64,000 nt of DNA from contig JAAXWR010000001.1 of assembly GCA_013334825.1 (NCBI GenBank), positions 203,769 through 267,768 of the forward strand. Direction: 5' to 3'. How positions within the stretch are numbered: the first letter of the stretch is position 1; every line of letters begins with the position of its first letter. Below the pieces are notes generated by a model. It was not told the origin of the DNA, made no database searches, and worked only from the letters and a program-made list of their open reading frames with translations. Made by a program: the position numbers and the translations under genes. The DNA comes from Candidatus Yonathbacteria bacterium. GTDB lineage: Bacteria; Patescibacteriota; Minisyncoccia; Phycocordibacterales; JACNGX01. Positions 10,634 through 20,915 of this stretch are shown here, piece by piece.

Positions 10634-12424
10634 ATGGATATTCGCAACATCGCCATCATCGCGCACGTGGACCACGGCAAGACAACCTTGACCGACATGT
10701 TGCTTCGTCAAAATGATGCCATCGCCGAAGGTGCATCTATGGACTCAAACACGCTTGAGCGTGAACGTGGTATCACCATTTATTCCAAAAATGCTTCGCT
10801 GATGTATCAGGGAACAAAAATCAATATCGTGGATACGCCGGGGCACGCGGACTTCGGTTCAGAAGTGGAGCGTGTCCTTCGTTCTATTGACTCGGTGCTT
10901 CTCATTGTGGATGCCCAAGAAGGTCCGATGCCACAAACGCGTTTCGTCTTGAAAAAGTCTCTTGAACTTGGGCTCCGTCCTATTGTCGTGATAAACAAAA
11001 TAGACAAACCTGCCGCTGACCCCGCGCGCGCGGAAAGTTTGGTGTTTGACTTGTTTGTAGAACTCGGTGCCGATGATGTGCAGGCGGACTTTCCTATTGT
11101 GTATGCCGATGGACGTTCTGGTATTGCCAAGATTGCACTTACGGATGAAAGTACCACACTCAATCCACTTCTCGATACTATTCTCGCGCATGTTCCTGTT
11201 GCATCGTCGGCAGAGAAAGAAGCACTTCCGCTTCGTTTTCAACCCTTTAATCTTGGCTATGACAACTTTATGGGACGTCTCGCTATTAGCCGTATTTATG
11301 AAGGGACAATATCTGTCGGTATGACTGTGCATGTGAAAAATAGTGCCGGAGAAACACGTCAAGGAAAAATCACAAAATTGTTTATTTTTAAAGGTTTGGG
11401 AAAAGAAGAAGCACAGTCCGCTGTCGCGGGTGATATTGTCATGGTTGCGGGTATTCCCGATATCGATATTGGAGAGACGGTGTTGTCCGACCCGTCGGGG
11501 GACATTTTGCCAGTGATTTCTGTTGATGAGCCGACAATCGCGCTTGATTTTCTGGTAAATGATTCACCGTTTGCGGGACGTGAAGGAAAGTTTGTGACGT
11601 CGCGTCAAATCCGCGAATACTTGGAACGCGAACTGGAAGTAAACGTGGGACTTCGCGTATCGTTTGACCGCAATGACGCGTTTCGTGTCCTTGGTCGAGG
11701 AGAATTGCATATCGCAATCCTCCTTGAAAATATGCGTCGTGCTGGGTATGAGGTGCAGGTATCCAATCCAGAAGTCATTACGAAAGAGGAGAATGGCAAA
11801 ACGATTGAACCATTTGAAGAAGTTATTGTCGATACGCCGGAAGCGTATCAAGGAACAATCATTGAGCGCCTCGGTATGCGCGGATTTGTCATTACACATA
11901 TTGATGCGGAACGTGAAGGTGTGCGACTGACACTCGAAGGTCCTACGCGAGGTATCCTTGGGTATCGCAATCAGTTTGTGATTGATACGAGAGGAGAGGG
12001 GATTCTCGCGACACGTTTTATCGGTTTCAAGCGTTTTACTGGAGAAGTGCGCAAGCGTGCCGTTGGTTCCATGACATCCATGGCATCGGGTAAGGTGCTG
12101 GGATATTCATTGTGGAATCTGCAAGACCGAGGAACACTGTATATCGGACCGGGTGCCGAAGTATATGAAGGTATGGTTATTGGCGATACGTCTAAGGGTG
12201 AAGAAATGTTTGTGAACCCGACAAAAGGAAAGCAACTCACCAACGTGCGCGCGTCGGGAACCGATGAAGCAATCAACCTTGTTCCGCCACTTGAGCTTTC
12301 CATTGAACGCGGACTTGAAGTGATGGCGGATGACGAGCTTCTTGAAGTAACACCAAAGAGTGTCCGTCTGCGTAAACGCTACTTGACGGAGAATGATAGG
12401 ACGAAAGCGAGAAAGACAAAATAA
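10634..12424 (+). CDS. typA: Translational GTPase TypA/BipA
   Basis: [29 protein letters not shown] and the C-terminal [11 protein letters not shown]. Confidence 0.98.
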   Translation: MDIRNIAIIAHVDHGKTTLTDMLLRQNDAIAEGASMDSNTLERERGITIYSKNASLMYQGTKINIVDTPGHADFGSEVERVLRSIDSVLLIVDAQEGPMPQTRFVLKKSLELGLRPIVVINKIDKPAADPARAESLVFDLFVELGADDVQADFPIVYADGRSGIAKIALTDESTTLNPLLDTILAHVPVASSAEKEALPLRFQPFNLGYDNFMGRLAISRIYEGTISVGMTVHVKNSAGETRQGKITKLFIFKGLGKEEAQSAVAGDIVMVAGIPDIDIGETVLSDPSGDILPVISVDEPTIALDFLVNDSPFAGREGKFVTSRQIREYLERELEVNVGLRVSFDRNDAFRVLGRGELHIAILLENMRRAGYEVQVSNPEVITKEENGKTIEPFEEVIVDTPEAYQGTIIERLGMRGFVITHIDAEREGVRLTLEGPTRGILGYRNQFVIDTRGEGILATRFIGFKRFTGEVRKRAVGSMTSMASGKVLGYSLWNLQDRGTLYIGPGAEVYEGMVIGDTSKGEEMFVNPTKGKQLTNVRASGTDEAINLVPPLELSIERGLEVMADDELLEVTPKSVRLRKRYLTENDRTKARKTK

Positions 12425-12569
12425 CGCGGACACGCGCGGAACAGACGCGGAAATTTGCTGAATGAGATATCACGCGTGGAGGGTCGCTCACGCGACCCCC
12501 TCCCGTAATCTAGTCTCTCATATAACACAACCATAGCGCGGGTTTTCCTTTTGGAAAACCCGCGCTATG
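12425..12569. repeat. ACGCGGA short repeats plus two hairpins (17-bp perfect inverted repeat)
   Basis: ACGCGGA-like unit x3, then CATAGCGCGGGTTTTCC-TTTT-GGAAAACCCGCGCTATG at 12532-12569. Confidence 0.7.
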
Positions 12570-12637
12570 CTCGTCTGTACAAAAAATATCACAGGATAAG
12601 CATTTTTTGATATGGTAGGGGAGAATCATAGAATAGA

Positions 12638-12666
12638 TTGACTTTTGTGTCAAAAGGTGATATAAT
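12638..12666 (+). promoter_or_regulatory. Near-consensus sigma70 promoter
   Basis: TTGACT-17 bp-TATAAT with an extended TG. Confidence 0.8.
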
Positions 12667-12712
12667 TATACAAGGTTGATTCAAAAAAATAAATTTAAAC
12701 CGAGGAGGTTTT

Positions 12713-13276
12713 ATGTCCATTCAGTTTCGTTTCGCGCTCAAGAGTGAGGGTAACAACCCTTATCTCTCCATCTACGAAGAGCAGACTCCGGCAGAGGCGA
12801 CGGAACGTCTCGTCAACGCCGAGTTCTGCTATGGTTCCCGTGTCACGAAGGTGACTGATACCGTCCTGGTACTCAGGACAACGTATATGGGGCGCCATGA
12901 AATCGCCGTCTTCCAGGGACCGGCTGAGGAAATGAAAAAACTCGTCGCTCTGGCGACCATCTTCCCCAGGGCGATTGAGGTCTATCACGAGAGCGAGGAG
13001 TATATCGCAGCTCTTGCCGAGAAGGTCGAGGCCGCCGCCGGTCTTGTCTTCAAGGGTGTTCCGAAAGAGCTCGCCCTTCTCGTCCCTGTCAATTCCGAGG
13101 GGTGGCAAGTGCTTCAGAGGTCGCTTCTCTCCGTCTTCGGTGCCACCGAAGAGGAGATGAATCTTTGCGTCGCGCAGAAGATGGCACATAAGACCGTCTG
13201 TGCCATCTGCGAGATGGTGGAAGAAGGTATTTTCGCGTCTTTCACCGAAGCATTCGCCTACGCCAAGGCTTCCTGA
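12713..13276 (+). CDS. Orphan hypothetical protein (GC-rich codon usage)
   Basis: Strong SD (GAGGAGG), its own promoter, and a terminator at ~13301-13337. Confidence 0.85.
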   Translation: MSIQFRFALKSEGNNPYLSIYEEQTPAEATERLVNAEFCYGSRVTKVTDTVLVLRTTYMGRHEIAVFQGPAEEMKKLVALATIFPRAIEVYHESEEYIAALAEKVEAAAGLVFKGVPKELALLVPVNSEGWQVLQRSLLSVFGATEEEMNLCVAQKMAHKTVCAICEMVEEGIFASFTEAFAYAKAS

Positions 13277-13439
13277 AGTTCTTTTTTAGGGTGACAGCCA
13301 CCCGCCCGCCGATTCGTCGGCGGGTTTTCCTTTTTTGAGTTGGATATTGAGTCATTGAGGTATTGTTTGAACATTGTACATTGGGCATTATCAAACCGCT
13401 GGCGCATTGCTCAATTTTGTTGTATAGTAAAGCGCATCT

Positions 13440-14699
13440 ATGGATACACAAGATAAGAAACATGATGAGCATTTTGATGTTGTTGTTATCGGAGGCGGTG
13501 CCTCCGGTCTTTTTGCTGCTGGACGCGCGGCTGAGCGGGGCAAAAAGGTGCTCGTATTAGAGAAAAACCGCACGCTTGGGGAGAAGCTTCTTCTCACGGG
13601 TGGTGGCAGATGCAATATCACGAATGCCACATATGATACACGGGAGTTTCTCGCGCATTTGGGCAAGGGGACTGAACCGCTCTTTTCTGCCTTTGCGCAA
13701 TTTGATGTTGCAAAGACGTTCGCTTTTTTTGAACGCCGTGGACTGTCGCTCGTCGTTGAAGCGCGTGGACGTGCGTTCCCCGCATCGCAAAACGCGGGAG
13801 ATGTGCTCAAGGTGATTGAGTCGTATGCACGTGAAGGAGGAGCAATCATTCGTGTCAAAACAAAAGTAACGCGCATACTCGAGAAAAAGGGTCGTGTCGT
13901 GGGTGTAGAAACGGCAAAAAGTGTTATTGGCGCGGATGCCGTGATTGTCGCCACAGGTGGGCTCTCACATCCAGAGACGGGTTCTACCGGTGATGGGTTT
14001 ACGTTCTTGCGTGACCTGGGACATAGTGTGGAGGACCCTGCTGCTGATCTTGTGCCGATTGAAGTGCACGACGCATGGGTCAAGGCGCTTTCGGGCACGT
14101 CACTTTCGTTTATGAAAATGACCGTATATGCAAATGGCAAGAAAGCATTTGCGAAAAAAGGAAAAGTGCTCTTTACGCACTTTGGATTGTCGGGACCGCT
14201 TGTCTTGAATGCCGCACGTGCCATCGGGACACTCCTTGCGCAAGGGCGAGTAACTATTGCTATTGATGCATACCCTGATACGGATATTGGTGCTCTCGAA
14301 AAAGATATTATCCGCGTCTTTGATCAGGCGAAAAATAAAATGATAAAAAATGTTGCTGACGATATCATGCCCCATGGTATGGCAGAAGTTTTCCCGCTCC
14401 TCTTCCCGCACATTCCCCTTGATAAAAAGGTGCACAGTATTACCAAAGAAGAACGACGTCTCATTGTTGATACACTGAAAGCGCTTCCCGTTTCTGTTGT
14501 TGGTCTCATGGGTATGGACCGCGCCATTGTTTCTGATGGTGGTGTTCCTCTTGATGAAATTGATACGAAATATATGCGTTCGCGCTTGTACCCCAATCTG
14601 TATGTGACAGGGGATATGATTCATGTGAATCGCCAGTCAGGTGGATATTCGCTCCAAATTGCATGGACAAGTGGCTATGTTGCCGGCTCGGCGGCATAA
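13440..14699 (+). CDS. HI0933/YhiN/BaiN-family flavoprotein
   Basis: GGGASG, KLLLTGGGRCNITN, ATGGLS, FTHFGLSGP and GGYSLQIAW motifs. Confidence 0.95.
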   Translation: MDTQDKKHDEHFDVVVIGGGASGLFAAGRAAERGKKVLVLEKNRTLGEKLLLTGGGRCNITNATYDTREFLAHLGKGTEPLFSAFAQFDVAKTFAFFERRGLSLVVEARGRAFPASQNAGDVLKVIESYAREGGAIIRVKTKVTRILEKKGRVVGVETAKSVIGADAVIVATGGLSHPETGSTGDGFTFLRDLGHSVEDPAADLVPIEVHDAWVKALSGTSLSFMKMTVYANGKKAFAKKGKVLFTHFGLSGPLVLNAARAIGTLLAQGRVTIAIDAYPDTDIGALEKDIIRVFDQAKNKMIKNVADDIMPHGMAEVFPLLFPHIPLDKKVHSITKEERRLIVDTLKALPVSVVGLMGMDRAIVSDGGVPLDEIDTKYMRSRLYPNLYVTGDMIHVNRQSGGYSLQIAWTSGYVAGSAA

Positions 14700-14709
14700 T
14701 AAAAACCCG

Positions 14710-14964
14710 TCATGATGACGGGTTTCTGAGGGTTATTGTGGCCACCATGTATAAGGGCACACAAAAGAGTACTGAAACACCATACACTGTGGAGATATTT
14801 CCTGTTGCCACTATCACGGCAACTCCCGCACCGGTGAAGGCGGTGATGGTTGCGAAAAAAAGATATACCCAGATATTCCTTTCTCTCCACGTCGTGTAAT
14901 ATAACACGATGAGAGAAAAAGATGCTGCCCATAGCATGAACAAAATTCCTGCGAGGTTTTCCAT
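14710..14964 (-). CDS. Small 3-TM orphan membrane protein
   Basis: Hydrophobic ORF. Convergent hairpin AAACCCGTCATGATGACGGGTTT at its end. Confidence 0.6.
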   Translation of the reverse strand: MENLAGILFMLWAASFSLIVLYYTTWRERNIWVYLFFATITAFTGAGVAVIVATGNISTVYGVSVLFCVPLYMVATITLRNPSS

Positions 14965-15089
14965 GGCACGATGATTTTTTTATTATTGTAAGCGACGAAG
15001 AACAATATTTCTTATGTATCATAGATAGTAAGCAATGTCAATCACTATCAAGGAACTCGCACATTGTCTTTATGTGATATGATTTTTAT

Positions 15090-16187
15090 ATGAATATCTT
15101 ACTCTCAATATATAAACTTCCATATCTTTTTTCTGCAAGTATCGTTATTGTAGGTCTCTGTACTGCCGTGCCTCTCGCATACGCGGAGACGGCAACATAT
15201 ATGCGTATGCGCGTCGATGATGTTGTCCATGAGACGCGCGAAGCTATTTCGGGGACGGACACGTATCGTACGGTGCAGACGCTGTCGGCGACTGTTCTCG
15301 ATGGAGAGAGACACGGTGAACGTATAGAGATTGAAAATGATAGGATACCCCTCGTGGAAGGAGATGTCTTTTTTGCAAAAGTAGTAACTGCTGGTGAAGG
15401 AGAGATGATTTCTGTATATGACGCGGACAGAACACGTGTACTCGGTATGCTCGGTATTGTATTTGTCGCGATGACACTTCTTTTTGGTGGCAAACAAGGT
15501 GCGCGGTCACTTGGCTCTCTTTTTGTTAGTATTGCGGTCATTGCATTTGTGTTGTTGCCTCTCTTGTCTCTCGGTTTTCCTCCTGTACCAACAGCGACTG
15601 GTATTGGCGTAGGAATGCTCTTTGTTGCAATATTTCTTACGCATGGATGGAATAAGGGTTCTGTCGTTGCATTTGGGGGAACGGCGCTCGCCGTTGTGCT
15701 TACAGGGATTATCGCATGGTTTGTTCTTGGCGTGGGCATGTTCACAGGGCTTTCTTCTGATGAGTCACTTTCTATTGCTTTGGGTACAACGGGGCATATT
15801 GATCTTGCGGGCATACTTCTTGCTTCTGTTATTATCGGCGCACTCGGTGTGCTTGATGATGTGGGTATTACGCAAGTATCTGTCACGCGCGAACTTTGCG
15901 CGATGGGGGGACGCACACGTCGCGAGGTGTACCAAAGCGCGATGAAGGTCGGTAAAGACCATATCGGCGCGCTCATCAATACACTTGTTCTTGCGTATAC
16001 AGCATCAGCGTTACCACTCCTTCTTCTCTTCACACTTTCGCATGAAATGCCCGCAATCGTTCTTATCAATGGTGAAGCAATAGCCGAAGAGATTGTGCGC
16101 GCTCTTGCGGGAAGTGTCGGTCTTATTGTGGCAGTTCCTCTGACGACATATGTCGCGGTGAGGACGTTTTTTGTGTCTCAACGTTGA
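15090..16187 (+). CDS. YibE/F family membrane protein
   Basis: Motifs IIGALGVLDDVGITQ and GKDHIGALINTLVLAY. Confidence 0.92.
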   Translation: MNILLSIYKLPYLFSASIVIVGLCTAVPLAYAETATYMRMRVDDVVHETREAISGTDTYRTVQTLSATVLDGERHGERIEIENDRIPLVEGDVFFAKVVTAGEGEMISVYDADRTRVLGMLGIVFVAMTLLFGGKQGARSLGSLFVSIAVIAFVLLPLLSLGFPPVPTATGIGVGMLFVAIFLTHGWNKGSVVAFGGTALAVVLTGIIAWFVLGVGMFTGLSSDESLSIALGTTGHIDLAGILLASVIIGALGVLDDVGITQVSVTRELCAMGGRTRREVYQSAMKVGKDHIGALINTLVLAYTASALPLLLLFTLSHEMPAIVLINGEAIAEEIVRALAGSVGLIVAVPLTTYVAVRTFFVSQR

Positions 16188-16228
16188 TACACTTGTCTCT
16201 TATATACTCTATCCGTTATACTATACAC

Positions 16229-16546
16229 ATGATGGAACAAGCACACACAGAAGAGCAGACAAGTGTACCAGAGCAACAGGCAAGCCATGTTGCGCCTATT
16301 GATGTGAATCCTCCGTTGCAAGCGTCGGCATCTTCTATTCCAGTACTTCCTGCTGTCTCTGCCAATAGAGAGCGTTTTATGAAGGTTGCGTATCCAGTGT
16401 TCGCGGGTGTACCCACTGCCATCATCATTTTGTTTTCCTTTGATTTTGGTGAGACATACCGGACTGTGTTGGAAAAAGTACTTTCGCCCATTATCACGGG
16501 AGTTACGTCTGGTTTTATCCTCTATATTCTTGGTTTGAAGCGATAA
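16229..16546 (+). CDS. Small membrane protein
   Basis: TATACT box 6 nt before the ATG, two C-terminal TMs, and a terminator at 16553-16586. Confidence 0.65.
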   Translation: MMEQAHTEEQTSVPEQQASHVAPIDVNPPLQASASSIPVLPAVSANRERFMKVAYPVFAGVPTAIIILFSFDFGETYRTVLEKVLSPIITGVTSGFILYILGLKR

Positions 16547-16597
16547 CGAATATAAAAACAAGCGCGCGTGAGCGCGCTTGTTTTTATATGGGGATAA

Positions 16598-17791
16598 TTA
16601 CTTTGTATCCTTGAGGAAGAGTGTGACGGGAAGTCCTATAACGACAAGCATGATACCGAGGACAAGAAAGAGTGATGAGAATGGAAGAAATACGAGCGTA
16701 AGAGATGCAAGCATTGGACCGATGATATACGCGAGTGAATTAGTATTTCTAAAGAAGCCAATGATATGGGTATCATCAGAATGGATATGTTTAAAGAAAT
16801 ATGTTTCTGACATGGTCTCGACGATACTTGCGCCGATACGGGTTGCCGCAAATATGAGAATCCACCGAAAGAGTTCCGTTCCTACGTCCATGGTTGAGAT
16901 AAATGCAGTGGAAACTCCCATAATAAGAAATCCGAGGAAAAGAAGTTCCTTCTCTCCCCAATGTTTGTCAGCGATGTGCCCAGCAGGAAGAGCGAGGAGA
17001 ACGAAGGGAATGAGCATCACGGTAAAGATAATACCGATATCATTCCATGCGAGACCTATGACATTGTGGAGATAGAGAGGACTGTAAATGACCATCCACG
17101 TGTAGAAAAAACGCAAGAGTAGATTGACGATGAAAATAAGAAACACATCTTTTTTTTGCGCAACTTCCTTGAATGTTGTAAGAAATTGGATGCGTTCATA
17201 CACCGGGTCTTTGAAGTTTCGCATGTAGGTGAGAAGAAGGAAGGTTACAGAAAAAACAGTTACCGTTGTAAGCGAAAATATTTTCCAATAATCACCATTA
17301 GTGAGAATAGATCCAGTGATAAATGGAGAAATGAGAAAAGCAATATTCGTGAGTGTGAGAAATGCGCCACGAATACTTCCCGTGCGCGCGTCAGAAGAAA
17401 AGCGTTCTATGAATACATCTTGCGTGAAAAACATGACATTGATACATGCCATGTACAAGATAAATGAGATAAAGATAATAAGGGGAACAGAAGAGAAAGC
17501 AAGGGAAAGCGTGAGCATGGCGATGCATGCTGAAAGCAAAAAAGCGACGGGATAATTACCAAAGCGTGACAGTATACGAGGAATGAGTGTGATGAGGATG
17601 AAAGAAAGAATAGCTCCCGCAACATAGAGTAAGCCCACCGTGCGCTCAATGGCAAATCTTGTCAAAAATGTTGACATGACATAGGTAGGCAATGCCACGG
17701 TAAGGGAGAAGACAAATTGGATAAGGTATAATCCTCTAAATATTTCTGTTTTACGGGCGTCTTCTTTTGCAACAGGGGGGACAACAAGCAT
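16598..17791 (-). CDS. MFS transporter
   Basis: About 12 TMs with AGHIADKHWGEKE. Start re-called to MLVVPP after a TATACT box. Confidence 0.9.
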   Translation of the reverse strand: MLVVPPVAKEDARKTEIFRGLYLIQFVFSLTVALPTYVMSTFLTRFAIERTVGLLYVAGAILSFILITLIPRILSRFGNYPVAFLLSACIAMLTLSLAFSSVPLIIFISFILYMACINVMFFTQDVFIERFSSDARTGSIRGAFLTLTNIAFLISPFITGSILTNGDYWKIFSLTTVTVFSVTFLLLTYMRNFKDPVYERIQFLTTFKEVAQKKDVFLIFIVNLLLRFFYTWMVIYSPLYLHNVIGLAWNDIGIIFTVMLIPFVLLALPAGHIADKHWGEKELLFLGFLIMGVSTAFISTMDVGTELFRWILIFAATRIGASIVETMSETYFFKHIHSDDTHIIGFFRNTNSLAYIIGPMLASLTLVFLPFSSLFLVLGIMLVVIGLPVTLFLKDTK

Positions 17792-18037
17792 AGTGTGTAT
17801 AGTATAGCAGAAAACGTGCATTATGGAACATAAACGAGTTCGTAGTTCGTAGTTCTTAGTTCGTAGAGTGAACTGGTGAGTTTGAAACATGTTATGTCCC
17901 TTGTTTGGTACGGGATTATCAGCATGTCATGAGCCCACATCGCTTGTATGCACCCCACGTGGTGGATGTTTACTTTATTATGTTGAATACCTGAATACTG
18001 TGGAGTGGAAAAACAAAAAAGCGCAGAGTATGCGCTT

Positions 18038-18400
18038 TTAAAATACAGGACACATGCCAAGATATATCATCATATCCCGTATTCTTTCCGGACAACCTTT
18101 TATCGTAAATGTTTCTCTTTTTCTGTTTTCTGTTTCATATATTTTTTTGCAAAGAAACACTTCTTTCAGCGTGGAATCCGGGACCCAGCTTACTCGAAAG
18201 GCACCGTCTTTTTGTGCGTAATCGACGATCTCTGAGTTTGTCGCTTGGTTATTTGCACTGAAAAGAAAGATATGAAAACCTGAGCCATCTTTGTATTTTT
18301 CAATACCGACGACTCTTCCTAACCAAACTTCTGCTTCACAAAAAGAAGGAAGTCCGTGTAAACTGGAAATACTTGATAAGGTTTCAGCGATAGTTGGCAT
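18038..18400 (-). CDS. Orphan protein of the strand-helix-LGx cassette family
   Basis: Promoter TTGACT-17-TATTTT at 18449-18477. Terminator ACAAAAAAGCGC..GCGCTTTT at ~18012-18039. Confidence 0.7.
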   Translation of the reverse strand: MPTIAETLSSISSLHGLPSFCEAEVWLGRVVGIEKYKDGSGFHIFLFSANNQATNSEIVDYAQKDGAFRVSWVPDSTLKEVFLCKKIYETENRKRETFTIKGCPERIRDMMIYLGMCPVF

Positions 18401-18603
18401 GGTATAAGTATTTATTGGTGTTGAGAGGACGGCGGATAACCGCATGAGAAAATAGCATATTTGTATAGAATAGTCAATTGGTTTCGTATGTGAATACAGC
18501 GCGATGGGAATGAACCAGTCGCGCTGTATTTTTATGAATCAAGTTTTATACAGGGGAGACAAGACAAAAAATCGTCTGTATCTTCCACATGTTATTCTTG
18601 GCG

Positions 18604-20679
18604 CTAGACGCCGAGAAGTACTGGTATGACAATTGGTCGTTTTGCTGTTTTTTGCAAGAGGTAGCGACCGATGTCGTCCGCGACTTTGTCTTTGACGAAT
18701 TCAAAGTTAATCGGATGCATGCCGACGAGCGCGTCTTCGATTGTGCGTTTGGTGAGATTGCGTGTCTCGCGGAGAAGGTCTTGGGAATCGCGCAGATAGA
18801 CAAAACCACGTGAGATGATGTCAGGTGACTTGCGTAGACGTCCCGTATTCATATCAACGAGTGCCACAACCATAAGGATGCCGTCTTGGGCGAGCATCTG
18901 ACGGTCGCGTATGACGACTTCCTGGGTTTCACCGATAGAAAATCCGTCTACCATAACAACGCTTGCAGGTGCTTTTTCTTTTTGAATGGTTAGTCCTTTT
19001 GCGCCCATATCGATGATAGTACCGTTATCAGGGATGATGATATGGTCTTTGGGGAATCCATTCAAGTCCGTTACTGTTTGTGCATGTACACGAAGCATGG
19101 AGTGATATCCATATGCGGGCATGAAGTATGTTGCACCAACCTGTTTGTTGATCCATGCAAGTTCACCTGCATTTCCATGTCCTGTCGAGTGAACATCAGA
19201 CACACGATAGTGAATGATACGCACATCATGACGGTAGAGATTGTCTTTGAGTTTCTGAACAGAGATTTCATTTCCCGGAATGATAGAGGACGACAAGACG
19301 ATGGTGTCTTTGGGTGTAAAGCGAATGTATTTGTGTGTCTTGTTTGCGACACGCATGAGGACTGCAAATTCTTCACCTTGCGCTCCTGTCGCGAGTATCA
19401 TGATTTTACTCGAGGGATATTTTTCCATTTCTTCAAGGGGAATAATTGTCTCGGGTTTGACACTGAGAAGCCCTGCTTTTTTGGCAATTTCAATATTGGA
19501 TTTGATACTGCGTCCATCGACGACGACCTTTTTCCCATGCTTTTCGGCAAGTTGAATGAGTTTGACGAGACGTGCGAACTGTGAGGCGAATGTACCTATA
19601 ATGAGACGGTCAGGTACCGTCTTGATAATTTCTTCAAGATTTTTGTGAATTTGTTCTTCGGTGATAGAAAATCCTGGACGTTCAACGTTTGTTGAGTCAG
19701 CAATAAAGAGCAAATTGTTTTGTTTGCCAATATGCGACCAGACTTTTTTTTCACGCTCTACGGGGTCGCCATCTTCATGATCGAGTTTAAGATCTCCCGT
19801 AATGACAATATTGCCGTGTTTTGTTTTTATTGAAGCGCCCATTGAATCGGGAATAGAGTGTGTGACAGGGAAAAACTCAAGCGACGTTTTACCCAGGGTG
19901 ATAGTCTGACCCGGTTCTACAAGTTTAATATTGAGCGCGGGCATATGAGGGAACTCTTCTTGGCGTTTGCGAATCATGAGCTCTGTGAGCGCGCGAGTAT
20001 ATATGGGAGGGTTACCAATGCGGGGCATGATATAGGGGATGCCACCGATGTGGTCGAGGTGTCCGTGCGTGATAACTACGCCACGGATACGCTCTTTGCG
20101 TTCTTCAAGATATTTGGTATTGGGCAAGATATAATCGATGCCGGGAGATTCATCTTCGGTGAATTGAAAGCCAACGTCAAAGATAATGATATCTTCGCCG
20201 TATTCAACGATAATCATATTTTTACCGACTTCCTCAACGCCACCCAAAGGAATGACGCGGACATTATCTCCTACAGGAGGAAGTCCGAGTGTTACCTTGG
20301 GACCTTTTGCAGGGAGGATAGGGTGGGGTGATGGGCGTTTGTCGGCACGCATGCGCGAAGGACCACTTTTACGTGTAGGTGCTCCTGTGGGGCGAGGCGT
20401 TCTTGTCACAGGAACATGCGCTGGACGACGGGTTGGTGTGCTTGTGTGTGTGGTATGCGCGACACGGACGGGAATATGTCGCGTATGCGAAGGGGTGACT
20501 CGGCTCGTAGGCACGCTCGGGCGTGACACTGGACGTGCCGAAGAGTGCAGAGGTCGTACTGTGCCTTGCGTGGGAGTGTTACCAAGGACAGGGCGTCGAG
20601 ATGACGAAGTGTGTCCAGGGGTGTTTGTCGGTGGTACCCGACGAAACGTAGGTTTTCGATGTTGTTCTGGTGTGTTCAT
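18604..20679 (-). CDS. rnj: Ribonuclease J with ~135-aa R/P/T-rich N-terminal extension
   Basis: PLGGVEEVGKNM, THGHLDHIG, TGAQGE and VHSTGH motifs. Confidence 0.96.
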   Translation of the reverse strand: MNTPEQHRKPTFRRVPPTNTPGHTSSSRRPVLGNTPTQGTVRPLHSSARPVSRPSVPTSRVTPSHTRHIPVRVAHTTHTSTPTRRPAHVPVTRTPRPTGAPTRKSGPSRMRADKRPSPHPILPAKGPKVTLGLPPVGDNVRVIPLGGVEEVGKNMIIVEYGEDIIIFDVGFQFTEDESPGIDYILPNTKYLEERKERIRGVVITHGHLDHIGGIPYIMPRIGNPPIYTRALTELMIRKRQEEFPHMPALNIKLVEPGQTITLGKTSLEFFPVTHSIPDSMGASIKTKHGNIVITGDLKLDHEDGDPVEREKKVWSHIGKQNNLLFIADSTNVERPGFSITEEQIHKNLEEIIKTVPDRLIIGTFASQFARLVKLIQLAEKHGKKVVVDGRSIKSNIEIAKKAGLLSVKPETIIPLEEMEKYPSSKIMILATGAQGEEFAVLMRVANKTHKYIRFTPKDTIVLSSSIIPGNEISVQKLKDNLYRHDVRIIHYRVSDVHSTGHGNAGELAWINKQVGATYFMPAYGYHSMLRVHAQTVTDLNGFPKDHIIIPDNGTIIDMGAKGLTIQKEKAPASVVMVDGFSIGETQEVVIRDRQMLAQDGILMVVALVDMNTGRLRKSPDIISRGFVYLRDSQDLLRETRNLTKRTIEDALVGMHPINFEFVKDKVADDIGRYLLQKTAKRPIVIPVLLGV

Positions 20680-20915
20680 ACAGAATGTGATTAATGTGTG
20701 TATACAACGGTAAGGATTGTTGTATGCAACGATGAAGTGTCATCGCAAATAATAATAATGGTATTGAACGTATATATGATCGATACAAAGCGATATGTAT
20801 ATCGGCTTCCCCGAGAGGGGGACAAGGTATCAAGTATGTTTGTTCGGACACCATGACAGGGCGCATCATGTGTGATGAGGAACGCCATGCTATGGGGTAC
20901 GAAATGCAGTAAGAA

